A DNA stretch of 64,000 bases from Paraprevotella sp. (GTDB taxonomy: Bacteria; Bacteroidota; Bacteroidia; Bacteroidales; Bacteroidaceae). Both the position numbers and the translations under genes were made by a program. Below, piece by piece: positions 1-10,147 of the stretch. Location: contig JAGBCQ010000011.1 of assembly GCA_017937925.1 (NCBI GenBank), positions 5,729 to 69,728 of the forward strand, read 5' to 3'. The stretch's first letter is position 1. Each line of letters starts with the position of its first letter. The notes below the pieces were generated by a model, which had not been told where the DNA came from, did no database searches, and worked only from the letters and a program-made list of their open reading frames with translations.

Positions 1-3000
1 AGATACTCTTCATACTTTATTTCTTGTGGCACAGCCGACGCTAATAACGTATATGTTGATCAAAACAACAATCCGGACTTTACATATACCGAGACCGCAG
101 CTGGTAGTCATGTTTATACCCTTAAGAATACTACGCACGCTGCTTTCTTGGACGTTACATGGACGTACGGCGGACATTTGACACTCGCCGGTGGTGGCGG
201 ACATACCAAATGGGCTTTTATTCCTGAAACAGCCATTACAAATGGTTCGTATGCTTTGTACAAAGCCAAGAAACAACTTTATGGTCTATATAAAGCCATT
301 TGCAACGAAGGTAAGGAAACCGCTTACAGCAAGGTTTTAAATAAGGCCTATGTAGCTTACACTGACAAAGACGCGACGGTAGCAACAATTACAAATGCAT
401 CAAAAACATTATTCAGTGAAATATATGCTGAATTGACTCAGCCGGTTAATGTTTCTTTCCTTTTCATAAATAGTGACATGGCAGGCAGTGGTTCTGTTGA
501 AGGATGGCTCAATGGTTCTTGTCTCTTTAACTACGGCGTTTTTGAGACGTATCATAGTTCTTTGACATTAGCTCAATCACAAACTGTTCCCCAAGGTATC
601 TATGACGTTGTATTGCATGCGCTGTACAGAGAAGATGCCACCACAGGAAGCGCACCTACTCTGAACCTCAAAGCGACCAATACAGTTTCTGCAAAAATTC
701 CTGCTGTCAGCTCTATCAACTATAATGTCGGCAACACAGAGAACAACAATTGGACTGCCGGTTCTAATGGAAACGAGCCTAATGGTATGCAGTCCAGCGC
801 TCAGGCTCATGCGCATCAAGATGCCGTGACACGCGCAAGCGGTGCCATAGTAGGAACTGACGGTGCATTAAGAATCTCTCTTAATATGACAAGCGCAGAA
901 CAATGGTTGACATGGCAAGGCGTAGAAATTTTCTATCAAGGTATCGGTTCCGGTTCTGTCAACGCAGAGTTAGGTATTACCATTACCAAGGCAGAAAATC
1001 ACTATGGTGATGGTAGCGAAAAAGGCGCAGCAGATTTAAAAGACGTGATTGACAAGGCTAAAGAAATATATCAAAATGAGAACGCTACTGTTCAATCCAT
1101 TATGGAAGTCAATAGCGAACTAAAAACAGCCATCACCACTTTCCTTGAAGTGTCCGCCTCTATTGAGAAACCACTCGAACGTTTTGAACTTATCAACAAT
1201 TACAACTTCGAATATGGGTTTGACAATTGGGAACAGCAAAACATGGCCACACAGTCCAACACTGCTTTCGGATATAAATCCGGCAATGTTTATGTTGAAA
1301 AGTGGATTGACAAAGGTTACAGCGTAGGCGATGCTTATGTTGGTCAAAAAGTAAACAATCTGCCTTTGGGTATTTGGATTTTAAAAGCTGCGGCACAAAA
1401 CATTCAAGAAGGTGTTGCCGGCACACAAAGCAATGCATGGATATTCGCTAACAACAGTACAGCCGCTGTTAGCACTGCCGGCGAATATTCTTTGGTATTT
1501 ACTAATATTGAGGATAATGCTTTAATAGGTTTCAAAGCCGTAGGCGCAACAGGCAACTGGTTGTCATGCGACAATTTCCGTTTGTACTACGCCGGTGGAG
1601 AATTTGCTGATTTTAAAGCCGAATTACAGAATTACGTCAACAAGGCAAAGTCATACATTAGCAAAAAAATAGAGACATCTGTTCTTGCAACATTGCAGAG
1701 CGCAATAGCAGCTGCCGAAGCGGAATTACTTAAAACTTCTGCTGATGGCTATCCTACCGTTTCCCAACCCCTTCGTTTAGCAACCGAGGCTGCAGAAACA
1801 TCATTCAGAGCCTTTGCGCAACTACAAGAGGCTATTGATGCGGCCGAAGGAATTTATGGCAACGGTGACAAGGCAGGTTCCGACAAATTCCAGACTGTCA
1901 TCAACAACGCAAAGAGTGTCAACGAAAACTTGGAATCTTCTCAAGCACAAATGGCTGAAGAAATAGCCAAATTAGAAAAGGCTACTTTTGAATTTAGATT
2001 AGCAAATGGTTCCGGTACTATTCCGACCGTCGTAACCGACCCTCGTTATGCACGCGGTTCCATCGCTGCATTCGGACGTATGACCGTCAGTGGCGTTTCA
2101 ACTGCCAACATTCTTGAGCAAGGTTTCTGCTGGAGTACAGAACCAAATCCTACCGTACTAGACAACCGCACAACACAATATTTGGAGAACAATGGTCGCA
2201 TTTACGTCATGAACACCGAACCGGCAACACTCTACTACATCAGAGCTTATGCCATTACTAAGGATTATGCCGTAGGATATGGTGATGTTATCAGAATCTC
2301 AACCCTCCCCAAAGGTAATGTTACTTACTGGTACAATAATGGTGGTGACGAAGCACAGAACAACAAGAACAACACCGCATTGACTATTGCTACGACCTAT
2401 TGGTCTAACTATACAAGTATTCGCGGATTTAATGTTTCATGTACCTTCAGTCCTGGTACACCAACTGCCGATTGCGGATATGGTGGTGGCATGCGTATCG
2501 GTACAAATATGGGACAAAGAGCCGGTACTTGTATGCACGAAATGAACCATGGTATCGGTGGCGGTACCCTTGAGATTTGGGGCGGTTGGTCTAAGTCTCC
2601 GCTTAGAAAGACCATCAACGGAGAATGGGCAGGCGACCGTGCCAACGAAGTGGTACGCTTCTGGGAAAACAGAAACGACCTTGTTATCACCGGTGCCTAC
2701 GATGGTGCTCACTGGGGAGTTGTAGCAAAGGGTGAAACATACTCGAGTGATAATATATTCCACAACAAATATCCACACAATGGTGCGCACCTTGAACCGG
2801 GTGCGTGGGCAGGTCCGAAAAACCCGAACGACACAGAAATCTTCTACATTGGTAACTCACTTATCAACCAAGGATTCTGTGAAGACGGATTGATACCTGT
2901 AAACTTCTATTCCGGTGCGTTCTGCTTACCTGCATACGTATTTGAACACGAAGACAATAAGAAATATTACATCAAGAATGAATCAACCGAACGTGGTTTG

Positions 3001-4392
3001 TACTCTTCTTATTTGATTGAAGGTTTAAATAAAAAGATACAATGGGTTGAAGCAAGCGCAGAAGACGTAGCTCTCAATGATAGTGCAGCTTGGTACATCT
3101 CGTTCAATCCCGAATTACAATACTACCAATTCAAGAACGTTGCTACCGGTCGTTATTTGAGTTATTCTACTACCGGCTTGAATGGTATCAAGATGGTGGA
3201 TAAGTCCGCACCTACTCTCAACGAGAATTTCCACTTAATGAAAGGACGTGTCAACGTTGTTGTAGGTAAGGGCAACAAACGCACAACTACTCGCGGATTC
3301 TGGGTCATCCATCCTGAAAACAAATCTAACCCTGATTGTTTAGTGGCGAATGCATCAAAGAGAACGGCTGCTGCGACTTTGGATTTATATGATGAAGCAG
3401 CATATCAACGTTGGATATTCATGGATGCGGATGAGATTCAAACCTTTGAAGAAAGCACCAAAACGGTTTATGCCGAAGAATTGCGTTTGTTGATAAAGGA
3501 TATTCGTGAAATGGCAACAACTCCGCACGTAGAAGAAGTTGGCGGTGTTGACGACAACCTTGAGACAAAACTTATTGAAATAGAAGGTAAGGTAGAAAGC
3601 GTAACAACAGCCAATGGTATTCAAATCTTAATCGAAGAAGCTCGCGCTGCGTGCATAGAATTTTTAGCCGAAGCGACTCCAACCAATTTGAACCAGCCGT
3701 TCGAAATTTCCTTCCTTGCCAATAACGCAAGCATAGAAGACAATAGTGGTTGGTCTGTTGCTCCGACATTCAGCTACTCATGTGCCGAATTCTTTGAAAC
3801 CACCTTCGACTTCAATCAGAGATTACAAGGTATGCCGGGCGGTACATATAAGATTAAAGCACAAGCATTCCAACGTCCAGGTGACTATACAACCGCTTAC
3901 AATGACTACACTGCCGGTACGGACAAGACTAGCGCAATGCTTTACGTTGGAACTTTGACCAAAAACATCAAGCATATTGCTGCTGATGCTAAAAGTTCTA
4001 AACTCAGTTCACAAGATGTTAGCGTAGGTTCTCCTGCGGTTTACATCCCTAACACAATGTATTCTGCAAGTTTGTTCTTTAATAAAGACTTATACGATAA
4101 TGAAGTAGTCACATCACTTAGCAAAGACAATAGCAATTTGAAATTTGGTATCAAAAGTCCAACTTATGCTACAGGTTATTGGACAGTACTTGACAACTTC
4201 CGCATTTACTTCTATGGCTCATGGACTGTTGATAATGTCCTCACAGACATCAAGGACATTCGTCAAGAGGAGGAATCCGATTTCAACGACTCAGACGTCT
4301 ATAACCTACATGGCATCAAGGTAGGAACTTCTCTTGAGGGATTACCTAGAGGTATATACATTGTCAATAAGAAGAAAGTCTTTGTCAAATAA
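1..4392 (+). CDS. Large T9SS-secreted multidomain protein (5'-truncated by window) with HExxH zinc-metallopeptidase-like domain, FIVAR-like helical repeats and repeated beta-sandwich modules
   Basis: Frame 1 is open from base 1 (RYSSYFISCG...), so the TTG at 148 is not the true start. HEMNH motif at 2536-2550. C-terminus 'DVYNLHGIKVGTSLEGLPRGIYIVNKKKVFVK' is a Prevotella-type T9SS signal. Confidence 0.8.
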   Translation, partial: RYSSYFISCGTADANNVYVDQNNNPDFTYTETAAGSHVYTLKNTTHAAFLDVTWTYGGHLTLAGGGGHTKWAFIPETAITNGSYALYKAKKQLYGLYKAICNEGKETAYSKVLNKAYVAYTDKDATVATITNASKTLFSEIYAELTQPVNVSFLFINSDMAGSGSVEGWLNGSCLFNYGVFETYHSSLTLAQSQTVPQGIYDVVLHALYREDATTGSAPTLNLKATNTVSAKIPAVSSINYNVGNTENNNWTAGSNGNEPNGMQSSAQAHAHQDAVTRASGAIVGTDGALRISLNMTSAEQWLTWQGVEIFYQGIGSGSVNAELGITITKAENHYGDGSEKGAADLKDVIDKAKEIYQNENATVQSIMEVNSELKTAITTFLEVSASIEKPLERFELINNYNFEYGFDNWEQQNMATQSNTAFGYKSGNVYVEKWIDKGYSVGDAYVGQKVNNLPLGIWILKAAAQNIQEGVAGTQSNAWIFANNSTAAVSTAGEYSLVFTNIEDNALIGFKAVGATGNWLSCDNFRLYYAGGEFADFKAELQNYVNKAKSYISKKIETSVLATLQSAIAAAEAELLKTSADGYPTVSQPLRLATEAAETSFRAFAQLQEAIDAAEGIYGNGDKAGSDKFQTVINNAKSVNENLESSQAQMAEEIAKLEKATFEFRLANGSGTIPTVVTDPRYARGSIAAFGRMTVSGVSTANILEQGFCWSTEPNPTVLDNRTTQYLENNGRIYVMNTEPATLYYIRAYAITKDYAVGYGDVIRISTLPKGNVTYWYNNGGDEAQNNKNNTALTIATTYWSNYTSIRGFNVSCTFSPGTPTADCGYGGGMRIGTNMGQRAGTCMHEMNHGIGGGTLEIWGGWSKSPLRKTINGEWAGDRANEVVRFWENRNDLVITGAYDGAHWGVVAKGETYSSDNIFHNKYPHNGAHLEPGAWAGPKNPNDTEIFYIGNSLINQGFCEDGLIPVNFYSGAFCLPAYVFEHEDNKKYYIKNESTERGLYSSYLIEGLNKKIQWVEASAEDVALNDSAAWYISFNPELQYYQFKNVATGRYLSYSTTGLNGIKMVDKSAPTLNENFHLMKGRVNVVVGKGNKRTTTRGFWVIHPENKSNPDCLVANASKRTAAATLDLYDEAAYQRWIFMDADEIQTFEESTKTVYAEELRLLIKDIREMATTPHVEEVGGVDDNLETKLIEIEGKVESVTTANGIQILIEEARAACIEFLAEATPTNLNQPFEISFLANNASIEDNSGWSVAPTFSYSCAEFFETTFDFNQRLQGMPGGTYKIKAQAFQRPGDYTTAYNDYTAGTDKTSAMLYVGTLTKNIKHIAADAKSSKLSSQDVSVGSPAVYIPNTMYSASLFFNKDLYDNEVVTSLSKDNSNLKFGIKSPTYATGYWTVLDNFRIYFYGSWTVDNVLTDIKDIRQEEESDFNDSDVYNLHGIKVGTSLEGLPRGIYIVNKKKVFVK

Positions 4393-4427
4393 GACGTATA
4401 GATAAATAGATTAAAATCTAACATAGC

Positions 4428-4468
4428 ATACAGGCTGCCGACATGAACTCGACAGCCTGTATATTTTT
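4428..4468 (+). terminator. Intrinsic terminator of the large secreted-protein gene
   Basis: ATACAGGCTG (4428-4437) / CAGCCTGTAT (4453-4462) stem followed by a T-run. Confidence 0.65.
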
Positions 4469-4490
4469 GTTCTGTATGCGTCATACTAAT

Positions 4491-4527
4491 AAAAAACGAC
4501 CTCATTCCATGAAGGAACGAGGTCGTT
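4491..4527 (-). terminator. Intrinsic terminator of ferredoxin gene
   Basis: AACGACCTC / GAGGTCGTT stem; A-run at 4491 reads as a U-tail on the minus strand. Confidence 0.7.
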
Positions 4528-4560
4528 CTGTTTTTCTTTCAATTGTGACGAACTCTTATA

Positions 4561-4725
4561 TTAAAGAGTGATTGCACCTGAAGGACAAACGTCAGCACAA
4601 GTACCACATTCAGTACAAGCGTCTGCGTTGATTTCATACTTATCGCCCTCAGAAATTGCGCCTACCGGACATTCATCGATACAAGTTCCGCAAGCTACAC
4701 AATCGTCGTTAATTACGTATGCCAT
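4561..4725 (-). CDS. fdx: 2[4Fe-4S] ferredoxin, 54 aa (absent from ORF track)
   Basis: Translates to MAYVINDDCVACGTCIDECPVGAISEGDKYEINADACTECGTCADVCPSGAITL with two CxxCxxCxxxCP motifs. Confidence 0.97.
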   Translation of the reverse strand: MAYVINDDCVACGTCIDECPVGAISEGDKYEINADACTECGTCADVCPSGAITL

Positions 4726-4774
4726 ATTGTTTAATTTAAAAATTATTACTTTGTTCTCTCACTCTTGTATGACG

Positions 4775-4782
4775 CAAAGTTA
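4775..4782 (-). promoter_or_regulatory. Bacteroidetes -7 promoter element (TAACTTTG) for ferredoxin
   Basis: Matches TAnnTTTG about 50 bp upstream of the start. Confidence 0.6.
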
Positions 4783-4906
4783 GTATTTATATGGAAGTCC
4801 CCCAAATATTTTATCACTATTTTTAGTGATTTTATAAGCGAAACACTTCCGAAAACACAATAACAAACGTATATTTGCGTTCATTTCTAATAAATATCAG
4901 TGATTG

Positions 4907-5611
4907 ATGAAACGTTTTTTAGTGTTCATATTCTGCCTCGTGACCCTGTTCAATGTGATGGCACAAGAACAAAAGGTACAGCACCGCCCGTACTTAGATC
5001 AGCGGAAATTCCATTGGGGGTTTCTGTTTGGTCTGCATATGCAGGACTTGGAACTGAAGAACAACGGCTATATCGATCCTGAGAGTGGCGAACAATGGTA
5101 TGCGGATGTTGATAATTATAATCCGGGCTTCAGTGTAGGAGTATTGGGCGAGATGCGATTGAACAAATATCTTGCTCTACGACTCGTCCCCACTATGCAC
5201 TTCGGACAGAAACACATTACGTTTCATGAACAAGTTAGCGGACGCGACAGTACACAGAACATCAAATCAACGTACATCTCCATGCCTTTAGACCTGAAAT
5301 TTTCAGCTCCGCGCCATAATAATTACCGCCCTTACTTCATTGCCGGCGTAAATCCGATGTTAGATTTGACCACTAAAAAGCAAAAGGCTTTATTGATGAA
5401 ACCTTTTGACTGCTATATAGAAATCGGTATGGGATGCGACTTCTACCTTCCCTTTTTCAAACTCATACCGGAATTGAAGTTCTGCTTCGGATTGGCAGAC
5501 ATTCTCAAGAAGGACAGAAACGACTTAATCGACAATTCTCTTCAAAAGTTTACCAAGTCATTGGACGGAGCTTCTTCCAAAATGATTGTTCTTACATTAT
5601 ACTTTGAATAG
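4907..5611 (+). CDS. porT: T9SS outer-membrane beta-barrel protein PorT
   Basis: Signal peptide; QHRPYLDQRKFHWGF and FFKLIPELKFCFGL motifs; terminal LYFE; TATATTTG promoter at 4870-4877. Confidence 0.9.
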   Translation: MKRFLVFIFCLVTLFNVMAQEQKVQHRPYLDQRKFHWGFLFGLHMQDLELKNNGYIDPESGEQWYADVDNYNPGFSVGVLGEMRLNKYLALRLVPTMHFGQKHITFHEQVSGRDSTQNIKSTYISMPLDLKFSAPRHNNYRPYFIAGVNPMLDLTTKKQKALLMKPFDCYIEIGMGCDFYLPFFKLIPELKFCFGLADILKKDRNDLIDNSLQKFTKSLDGASSKMIVLTLYFE

Positions 5612-5614
5612 ACG

Positions 5615-6481
5615 TCACTCCGGTTTCAATTCGAGTGTCAATGTTCCCACATAACGACCGTTTTTCCCCATTTGATTGCAATAAACATCCTCTCCATCGG
5701 CATTCTTCAAGACTACCGGCTCTTTAAAATAAGTATGTGAATGACCTCCTAAAACCACATCTATATTTCTGGTCTTCGCCACAAGTTCTGTGTCATCAAT
5801 CCCTTCAATATCCCAACCTAGATGTGACAGACACACGACTAAGTCACACGCCTCATCATGCTTCAAGAACTGCGCCACACTATCTGCCACTGCAATTGGT
5901 TCTTTATACGACACACCTTTATAATTATCGGCAGTCACCAATCCTTCCAGCTTCACTCCTAATCCAAACACTCCGATGCGCACACCTTTACGTTCCACTA
6001 TAATATATGGCTTTACCAATCCTTCCAATACCGTACCGGCAACATCATAATTAGCACAAACAATGGGAAACTCTGCCATACGGAATATCCGCGCCATATT
6101 GTCTAAGCCAAAATCAAACTCATGATTTCCTATTGTAACTGCATCATATCGCATCGCGTTCATCAATTTAATCTCAACTTCTCCTTTATATAAATTATAA
6201 TAAGCCGAGCCTTGTGAAAAATCTCCGCTATCGAACAACAACAAATCCGGGTCGTCGGTCCTCAATTTATTCAATAAAGCTACTCGACGTACAAAACCAC
6301 CTTTATTGGCTTGCGCCGTATCCGAGGCATTTGGGTTGATAGGCATTACACAACTGTGCGTATCATTGGTATGGACGATGCGCAAAGAAACAGTTTCGTC
6401 TTGAGAAAGCACACCGACATTGAACATGAATAAAAATCCTACGGATAATATCCATTTTATGATGTTGACTCTTGTTTTCAT
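5615..6481 (-). CDS. 5'-nucleotidase, metallophosphoesterase (N-terminal-type) subunit
   Basis: HTNDTHS, DSGDF, GNHEFD, LSHLG and GGHSH motifs. Confidence 0.92.
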   Translation of the reverse strand: MKTRVNIIKWILSVGFLFMFNVGVLSQDETVSLRIVHTNDTHSCVMPINPNASDTAQANKGGFVRRVALLNKLRTDDPDLLLFDSGDFSQGSAYYNLYKGEVEIKLMNAMRYDAVTIGNHEFDFGLDNMARIFRMAEFPIVCANYDVAGTVLEGLVKPYIIVERKGVRIGVFGLGVKLEGLVTADNYKGVSYKEPIAVADSVAQFLKHDEACDLVVCLSHLGWDIEGIDDTELVAKTRNIDVVLGGHSHTYFKEPVVLKNADGEDVYCNQMGKNGRYVGTLTLELKPE

Positions 6482-6488
6482 CTTTTCT

Positions 6489-7238
6489 TTATTTAATCAC
6501 GATTCTTCCTTCCATTTTAGCGGTGACACTTCTGCCCGCAGCACTCTCACGTTTGATAGCATCCATAATAAGTTGACGCACGGACAATTTGGTAGTCCGT
6601 TTGTCCACGCTTTTCTTCAGTGCGTACATCTTGTCATTGCCTTCTGCCAGATAATCCAACGTCGCAATGGTATATTTTTTGCTTTTATCTATCGATTTCC
6701 CATTTATTTCTGCGCTCAACAATTCACCGTTATCGGTAATTATCAAACGCACACCGCTCACACCTTCGCCTCCTACTGCCGCAATTTGTTCCATCAGTTC
6801 GAACAACTGTTCTCCCATCAATGTTACGACACAAAGATGATTTTCAAAAGGTGATATTTCCAACACATCACCATACGTCACGTTCCCTTTCGGCATGGTA
6901 CTTCTCAGACCGCCCACGTTACACAATCCCATATCTGCCTTCGCACCAATTTGGGCTGAAGCATCACGAAGCACATCTGCCACAAAGTTGGAAAGTAAAC
7001 TTTCCGGTCGGGCAGGCCTCATCACGACTTCACTCGTTCCTAAAACAGGCGACATCAGACTATCCACCGATTTTTTATAGGGTGCCACAATGCGTATAGC
7101 CTCACTGTCAGGAGTTACATCCCAAAAGTCTGTTACTTCTATACGCTCATGTTTTACGTCTGCCAAAGAATAGTGTCGGGCACATGACGTGAACGATAAC
7201 AGAGCGCCCAACAACCAGATAGTATTACAACCTTTCAT
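6489..7238 (-). CDS. 5'-nucleotidase C-terminal-domain lipoprotein
   Basis: Lipobox FTSC; NVGGLRS, PFEN and TLDYLAEGND motifs. Confidence 0.9.
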   Translation of the reverse strand: MKGCNTIWLLGALLSFTSCARHYSLADVKHERIEVTDFWDVTPDSEAIRIVAPYKKSVDSLMSPVLGTSEVVMRPARPESLLSNFVADVLRDASAQIGAKADMGLCNVGGLRSTMPKGNVTYGDVLEISPFENHLCVVTLMGEQLFELMEQIAAVGGEGVSGVRLIITDNGELLSAEINGKSIDKSKKYTIATLDYLAEGNDKMYALKKSVDKRTTKLSVRQLIMDAIKRESAAGRSVTAKMEGRIVIK

Positions 7239-7346
7239 CTTGAAATCTCCTTTAAATCATCGTTCAAAATTAGTAAAAAAACACGCAGAACAATAAAATA
7301 CAAAGAAAAAAGCACTTGACAACGTTGTGATTTCAATAAAAATACG

Positions 7347-7354
7347 TACCTTTG
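7347..7354 (+). promoter_or_regulatory. Bacteroidetes -7 promoter (TACCTTTG) of rplS
   Basis: TAnnTTTG consensus with TTG about 21 bp upstream. Confidence 0.7.
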
Positions 7355-7441
7355 CACCGCTTTCCGTACAATCGCTGGCAGGATGCAGTGTTCCCTGTTA
7401 TGTTGTATTGGGACGACAAACAATTTAATTACCAAATAAAA

Positions 7442-7810
7442 ATGGCAGATTTAATTAAAATTGCAGAAGAAGCGTTTGCTACCGGTAAGGAGCACCCAAA
7501 ATTCAAAGCTGGTGATACCATAACAGTAGCATACAAAATCGTCGAGGGTAACAAAGAGCGTATCCAGTTGTATCGCGGTGTTGTTATCAAAATCAGCGGA
7601 CACGAAAACAAAAAGCGTTTCACCGTTCGTAAGATGTCAGGAACAGTAGGTGTAGAGCGTATCTTCCCTATCGAAAGCCCGAACATCGAACGTATCGAAG
7701 TGAACAAAGTTGGTAAAGTTCGCCGCGCTAAGTTATACTACTTACGCAAACTTACAGGTAAGAAAGCACGCATCGCAGAGAAGCGTACTATTACCAACAA
7801 AGAGGCCTAA
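7442..7810 (+). CDS. rplS: 50S ribosomal protein L19
   Basis: [10 protein letters not shown]...GVERIFP...[10 protein letters not shown]; true start is ATG 7442, not the TTG in the ORF track. Confidence 0.98.
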   Translation: MADLIKIAEEAFATGKEHPKFKAGDTITVAYKIVEGNKERIQLYRGVVIKISGHENKKRFTVRKMSGTVGVERIFPIESPNIERIEVNKVGKVRRAKLYYLRKLTGKKARIAEKRTITNKEA

Positions 7811-7827
7811 GAATATTTATTATAGGC

Positions 7828-7871
7828 AACATAAAGAAAGCGTTTCCTTGTGGAAACGCTTTCTTTATGTT
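7828..7871. terminator. Bidirectional terminator between rplS and cvfB
   Basis: Perfect 20-bp inverted repeat AACATAAAGAAAGCGTTTCC / GGAAACGCTTTCTTTATGTT. Confidence 0.85.
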
Positions 7872-7894
7872 TTATCTGTCATCTCACCTTCAAA

Positions 7895-8737
7895 CTATGA
7901 TTGGTTCGTCAAACTCAAACCATCGTCATTGATGACAATCAATCTTCGTTTATAGAGGTCGCCGACGGCTTTCTTGAACACCTTTTTGCTGACTCCAAAT
8001 TCAGCATAAATGGCATCTGCCGGACTTTTGTCGCCCAAAGAGGTTCTGCCGGAATGTTCTTTCAAGTATTTTAAGAGTACCGCAGAGAAGTCGGTTACTG
8101 CCGCCTTACCATGTTTCTGCAAACTGATATCCAACTTTCCGTCTTCACGCACCTGCTTGACATAAGCTTTCAGTCTATCGCCGGTATGTATGTATTGAAA
8201 CACTTCGCTGTCATAAACCAAACCGGCAAACTGATTATCTACTATCACCTTAAAGCCTAGTTCCGTCTTCTGCCAAACCAGAATCTCCACTTCCTCACCT
8301 TCTTGATACGGCGGAAACTCTTCTGAAAGGAAACGTTCTACTTTTGCCGATGCCATGATACGGTATGTTTCCTCGTCTATATGAAGGTGAACAATATAAC
8401 TTCTATCCTTCTGCATCTTTATCTTTTGCTCTCTGAACGGGACAAACAAATCCTTCATCAGTCCCCAATCAAGAAATGCTCCGTAGTTATTCACCCACGC
8501 CACTTTCAAGTAGGCAAAATCTCCAACCACAGCCAAAGGCATCTGTGTAGTTGCTATTAACCGTTCCTCACTATCCAAATAGATAAAAACATCCAATTCA
8601 TCGCCGGGTTGACACCCCTGCGGCACATATCTTTGGGGCAACAATATCTCACCGGCTTCACCTCCGTCCAGATACATACCGAAATCTACGGACTTCACGA
8701 CGGTCAACGTATTTACCTGTCCTAATTTCAACTTCAT
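7895..8737 (-). CDS. cvfB: CvfB-family S1 RNA-binding protein
   Basis: FGMYLDGG, GAFLDWGLMKDLFVPFREQ and FGVSKKVFKKAVGDLYK motifs. Confidence 0.9.
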   Translation of the reverse strand: MKLKLGQVNTLTVVKSVDFGMYLDGGEAGEILLPQRYVPQGCQPGDELDVFIYLDSEERLIATTQMPLAVVGDFAYLKVAWVNNYGAFLDWGLMKDLFVPFREQKIKMQKDRSYIVHLHIDEETYRIMASAKVERFLSEEFPPYQEGEEVEILVWQKTELGFKVIVDNQFAGLVYDSEVFQYIHTGDRLKAYVKQVREDGKLDISLQKHGKAAVTDFSAVLLKYLKEHSGRTSLGDKSPADAIYAEFGVSKKVFKKAVGDLYKRRLIVINDDGLSLTNQS

Positions 8738-8752
8738 ACTTATTTCCTTTAT

Positions 8753-9427
8753 TTAAAGCACTCCCATTCGGGTATCGTCTGTTATCAACCCATCCTTCAT
8801 GTGTATGGTTCTATCCGTTAAGCTCGCTAACTCATCATCATGCGTCACAATGACAAAAGTTTGCCCATACTTATCGCGCAAGTCAAAAAACAATCGGTGT
8901 AATTCCTCTTTGTTCTTAGTGTCTAAGCTACCGGACGGTTCGTCTGCAAAGACAACCGATGGACGGTTCATCAAGGCGCGTGCCACTGCTACACGTTGTT
9001 TCTCTCCTCCCGACAATTCACCGGGTTTATGTCCACTACGATTGGCCAGTCCCATAAAATCCAACAATTCACGCGCGCGTTCTTTCGCTTCTCGCTCTGA
9101 CACTTTCCCGATATAAGCCGGAATCATGACGTTCTCCAATGCGGTAAACTCCGGCAACAACTGATGAAACTGGAATACAAAACCAATACGCTTATTTCTA
9201 AAATCCGATATTTTTCGAGCATTCAAAGTCTCCACAGCCACCCCGTCAATCATAACGGTTCCGGCATCAGCCTTATCAAGTGTTCCCATTATTTGCAACA
9301 AGGTTGTCTTCCCTGCCCCGCTAGGTCCGACAATACTCACAATCTCTCCTTTTGCGATATCCAAATCTATCCCCTTAAGAACTTCCAATGCTCCAAAGGA
9401 TTTTCTTATATTTCTTATTTCTATCAT
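8753..9427 (-). CDS. lolD: LolD-like ABC transporter ATP-binding protein
   Basis: [33 protein letters not shown] and ADEPSGSLD motifs. Confidence 0.85.
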   Translation of the reverse strand: MIEIRNIRKSFGALEVLKGIDLDIAKGEIVSIVGPSGAGKTTLLQIMGTLDKADAGTVMIDGVAVETLNARKISDFRNKRIGFVFQFHQLLPEFTALENVMIPAYIGKVSEREAKERARELLDFMGLANRSGHKPGELSGGEKQRVAVARALMNRPSVVFADEPSGSLDTKNKEELHRLFFDLRDKYGQTFVIVTHDDELASLTDRTIHMKDGLITDDTRMGVL

Positions 9428-9433
9428 ATTCCT

Positions 9434-10147
9434 CTACAAATTGCTTATCACATACTGTGCCAAGTAACACCCAAACACAGCCGGCATATAACTCACTGTT
9501 CCTGTGGTTGTCTTTTTATTACGTTCTCCTTCCACTTTTACCACCGCATTCATATCGGCTTGTTGCGTACAGAATACCACCGGCAACGGGCGTTGCATTT
9601 TTTCTTTCTTCAAGCGAGTTCTTACCGCCTTGCTGAGTCCGCAATGATAGGTACTCCACAAATCGGCAAAGCGGATTTGAGTAACATCTGTTTTTGCTCC
9701 TGCTCCCATGCTACTCACAATAGGCACCTTTAGTCGCATCGCTTCCATTATCAAAGCACATTTTGGAGCAATCGTATCTATGGCATCCACTACGAAATCG
9801 AATTTGTTTTCTGTCAGCAACGTCTTTACGCTACCCTCTTCCAGGAACTCAGCACGTGCGGTGACATTCAAATCAGGATTAACATCCTTCAGACGACGTT
9901 CCAAAACCCGCACCTTATCCTCGCCCAAAGTAGAATGAAGAGCTATAACCTGCCTGTTCAAATTACTCAGTTGCACTTTATCCGCATCGAGCAAGGTGAG
10001 TTTTCCTACTCCTGCCCTCGCCAACATCTCCGCAGCATACGCACCGACTCCCCCCGTTCCGACAATCAAGATATGCGCCTTTTTCAGTCGTTCCATCTTG
10101 TCAGCACCGAGAAGCAACTCAGTCCGTTCAGTCCATTCAGTTGTCAT
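9434..10147 (-). CDS. tcdA: tRNA threonylcarbamoyladenosine dehydratase (ThiF/E1-like)
   Basis: GTGGVG, SNLNRQ, DAID and SSMGAG motifs; probable start MTTEWTERTELLLG at 10147. Confidence 0.9.
   Translation of the reverse strand: MTTEWTERTELLLGADKMERLKKAHILIVGTGGVGAYAAEMLARAGVGKLTLLDADKVQLSNLNRQVIALHSTLGEDKVRVLERRLKDVNPDLNVTARAEFLEEGSVKTLLTENKFDFVVDAIDTIAPKCALIMEAMRLKVPIVSSMGAGAKTDVTQIRFADLWSTYHCGLSKAVRTRLKKEKMQRPLPVVFCTQQADMNAVVKVEGERNKKTTTGTVSYMPAVFGCYLAQYVISNL

Noticed and set aside
5615-7238. 5'-nucleotidase split in two genes as a frameshift
   Set aside because: Each part has its own export signal; the split arrangement beside rplS is usual in Bacteroidales
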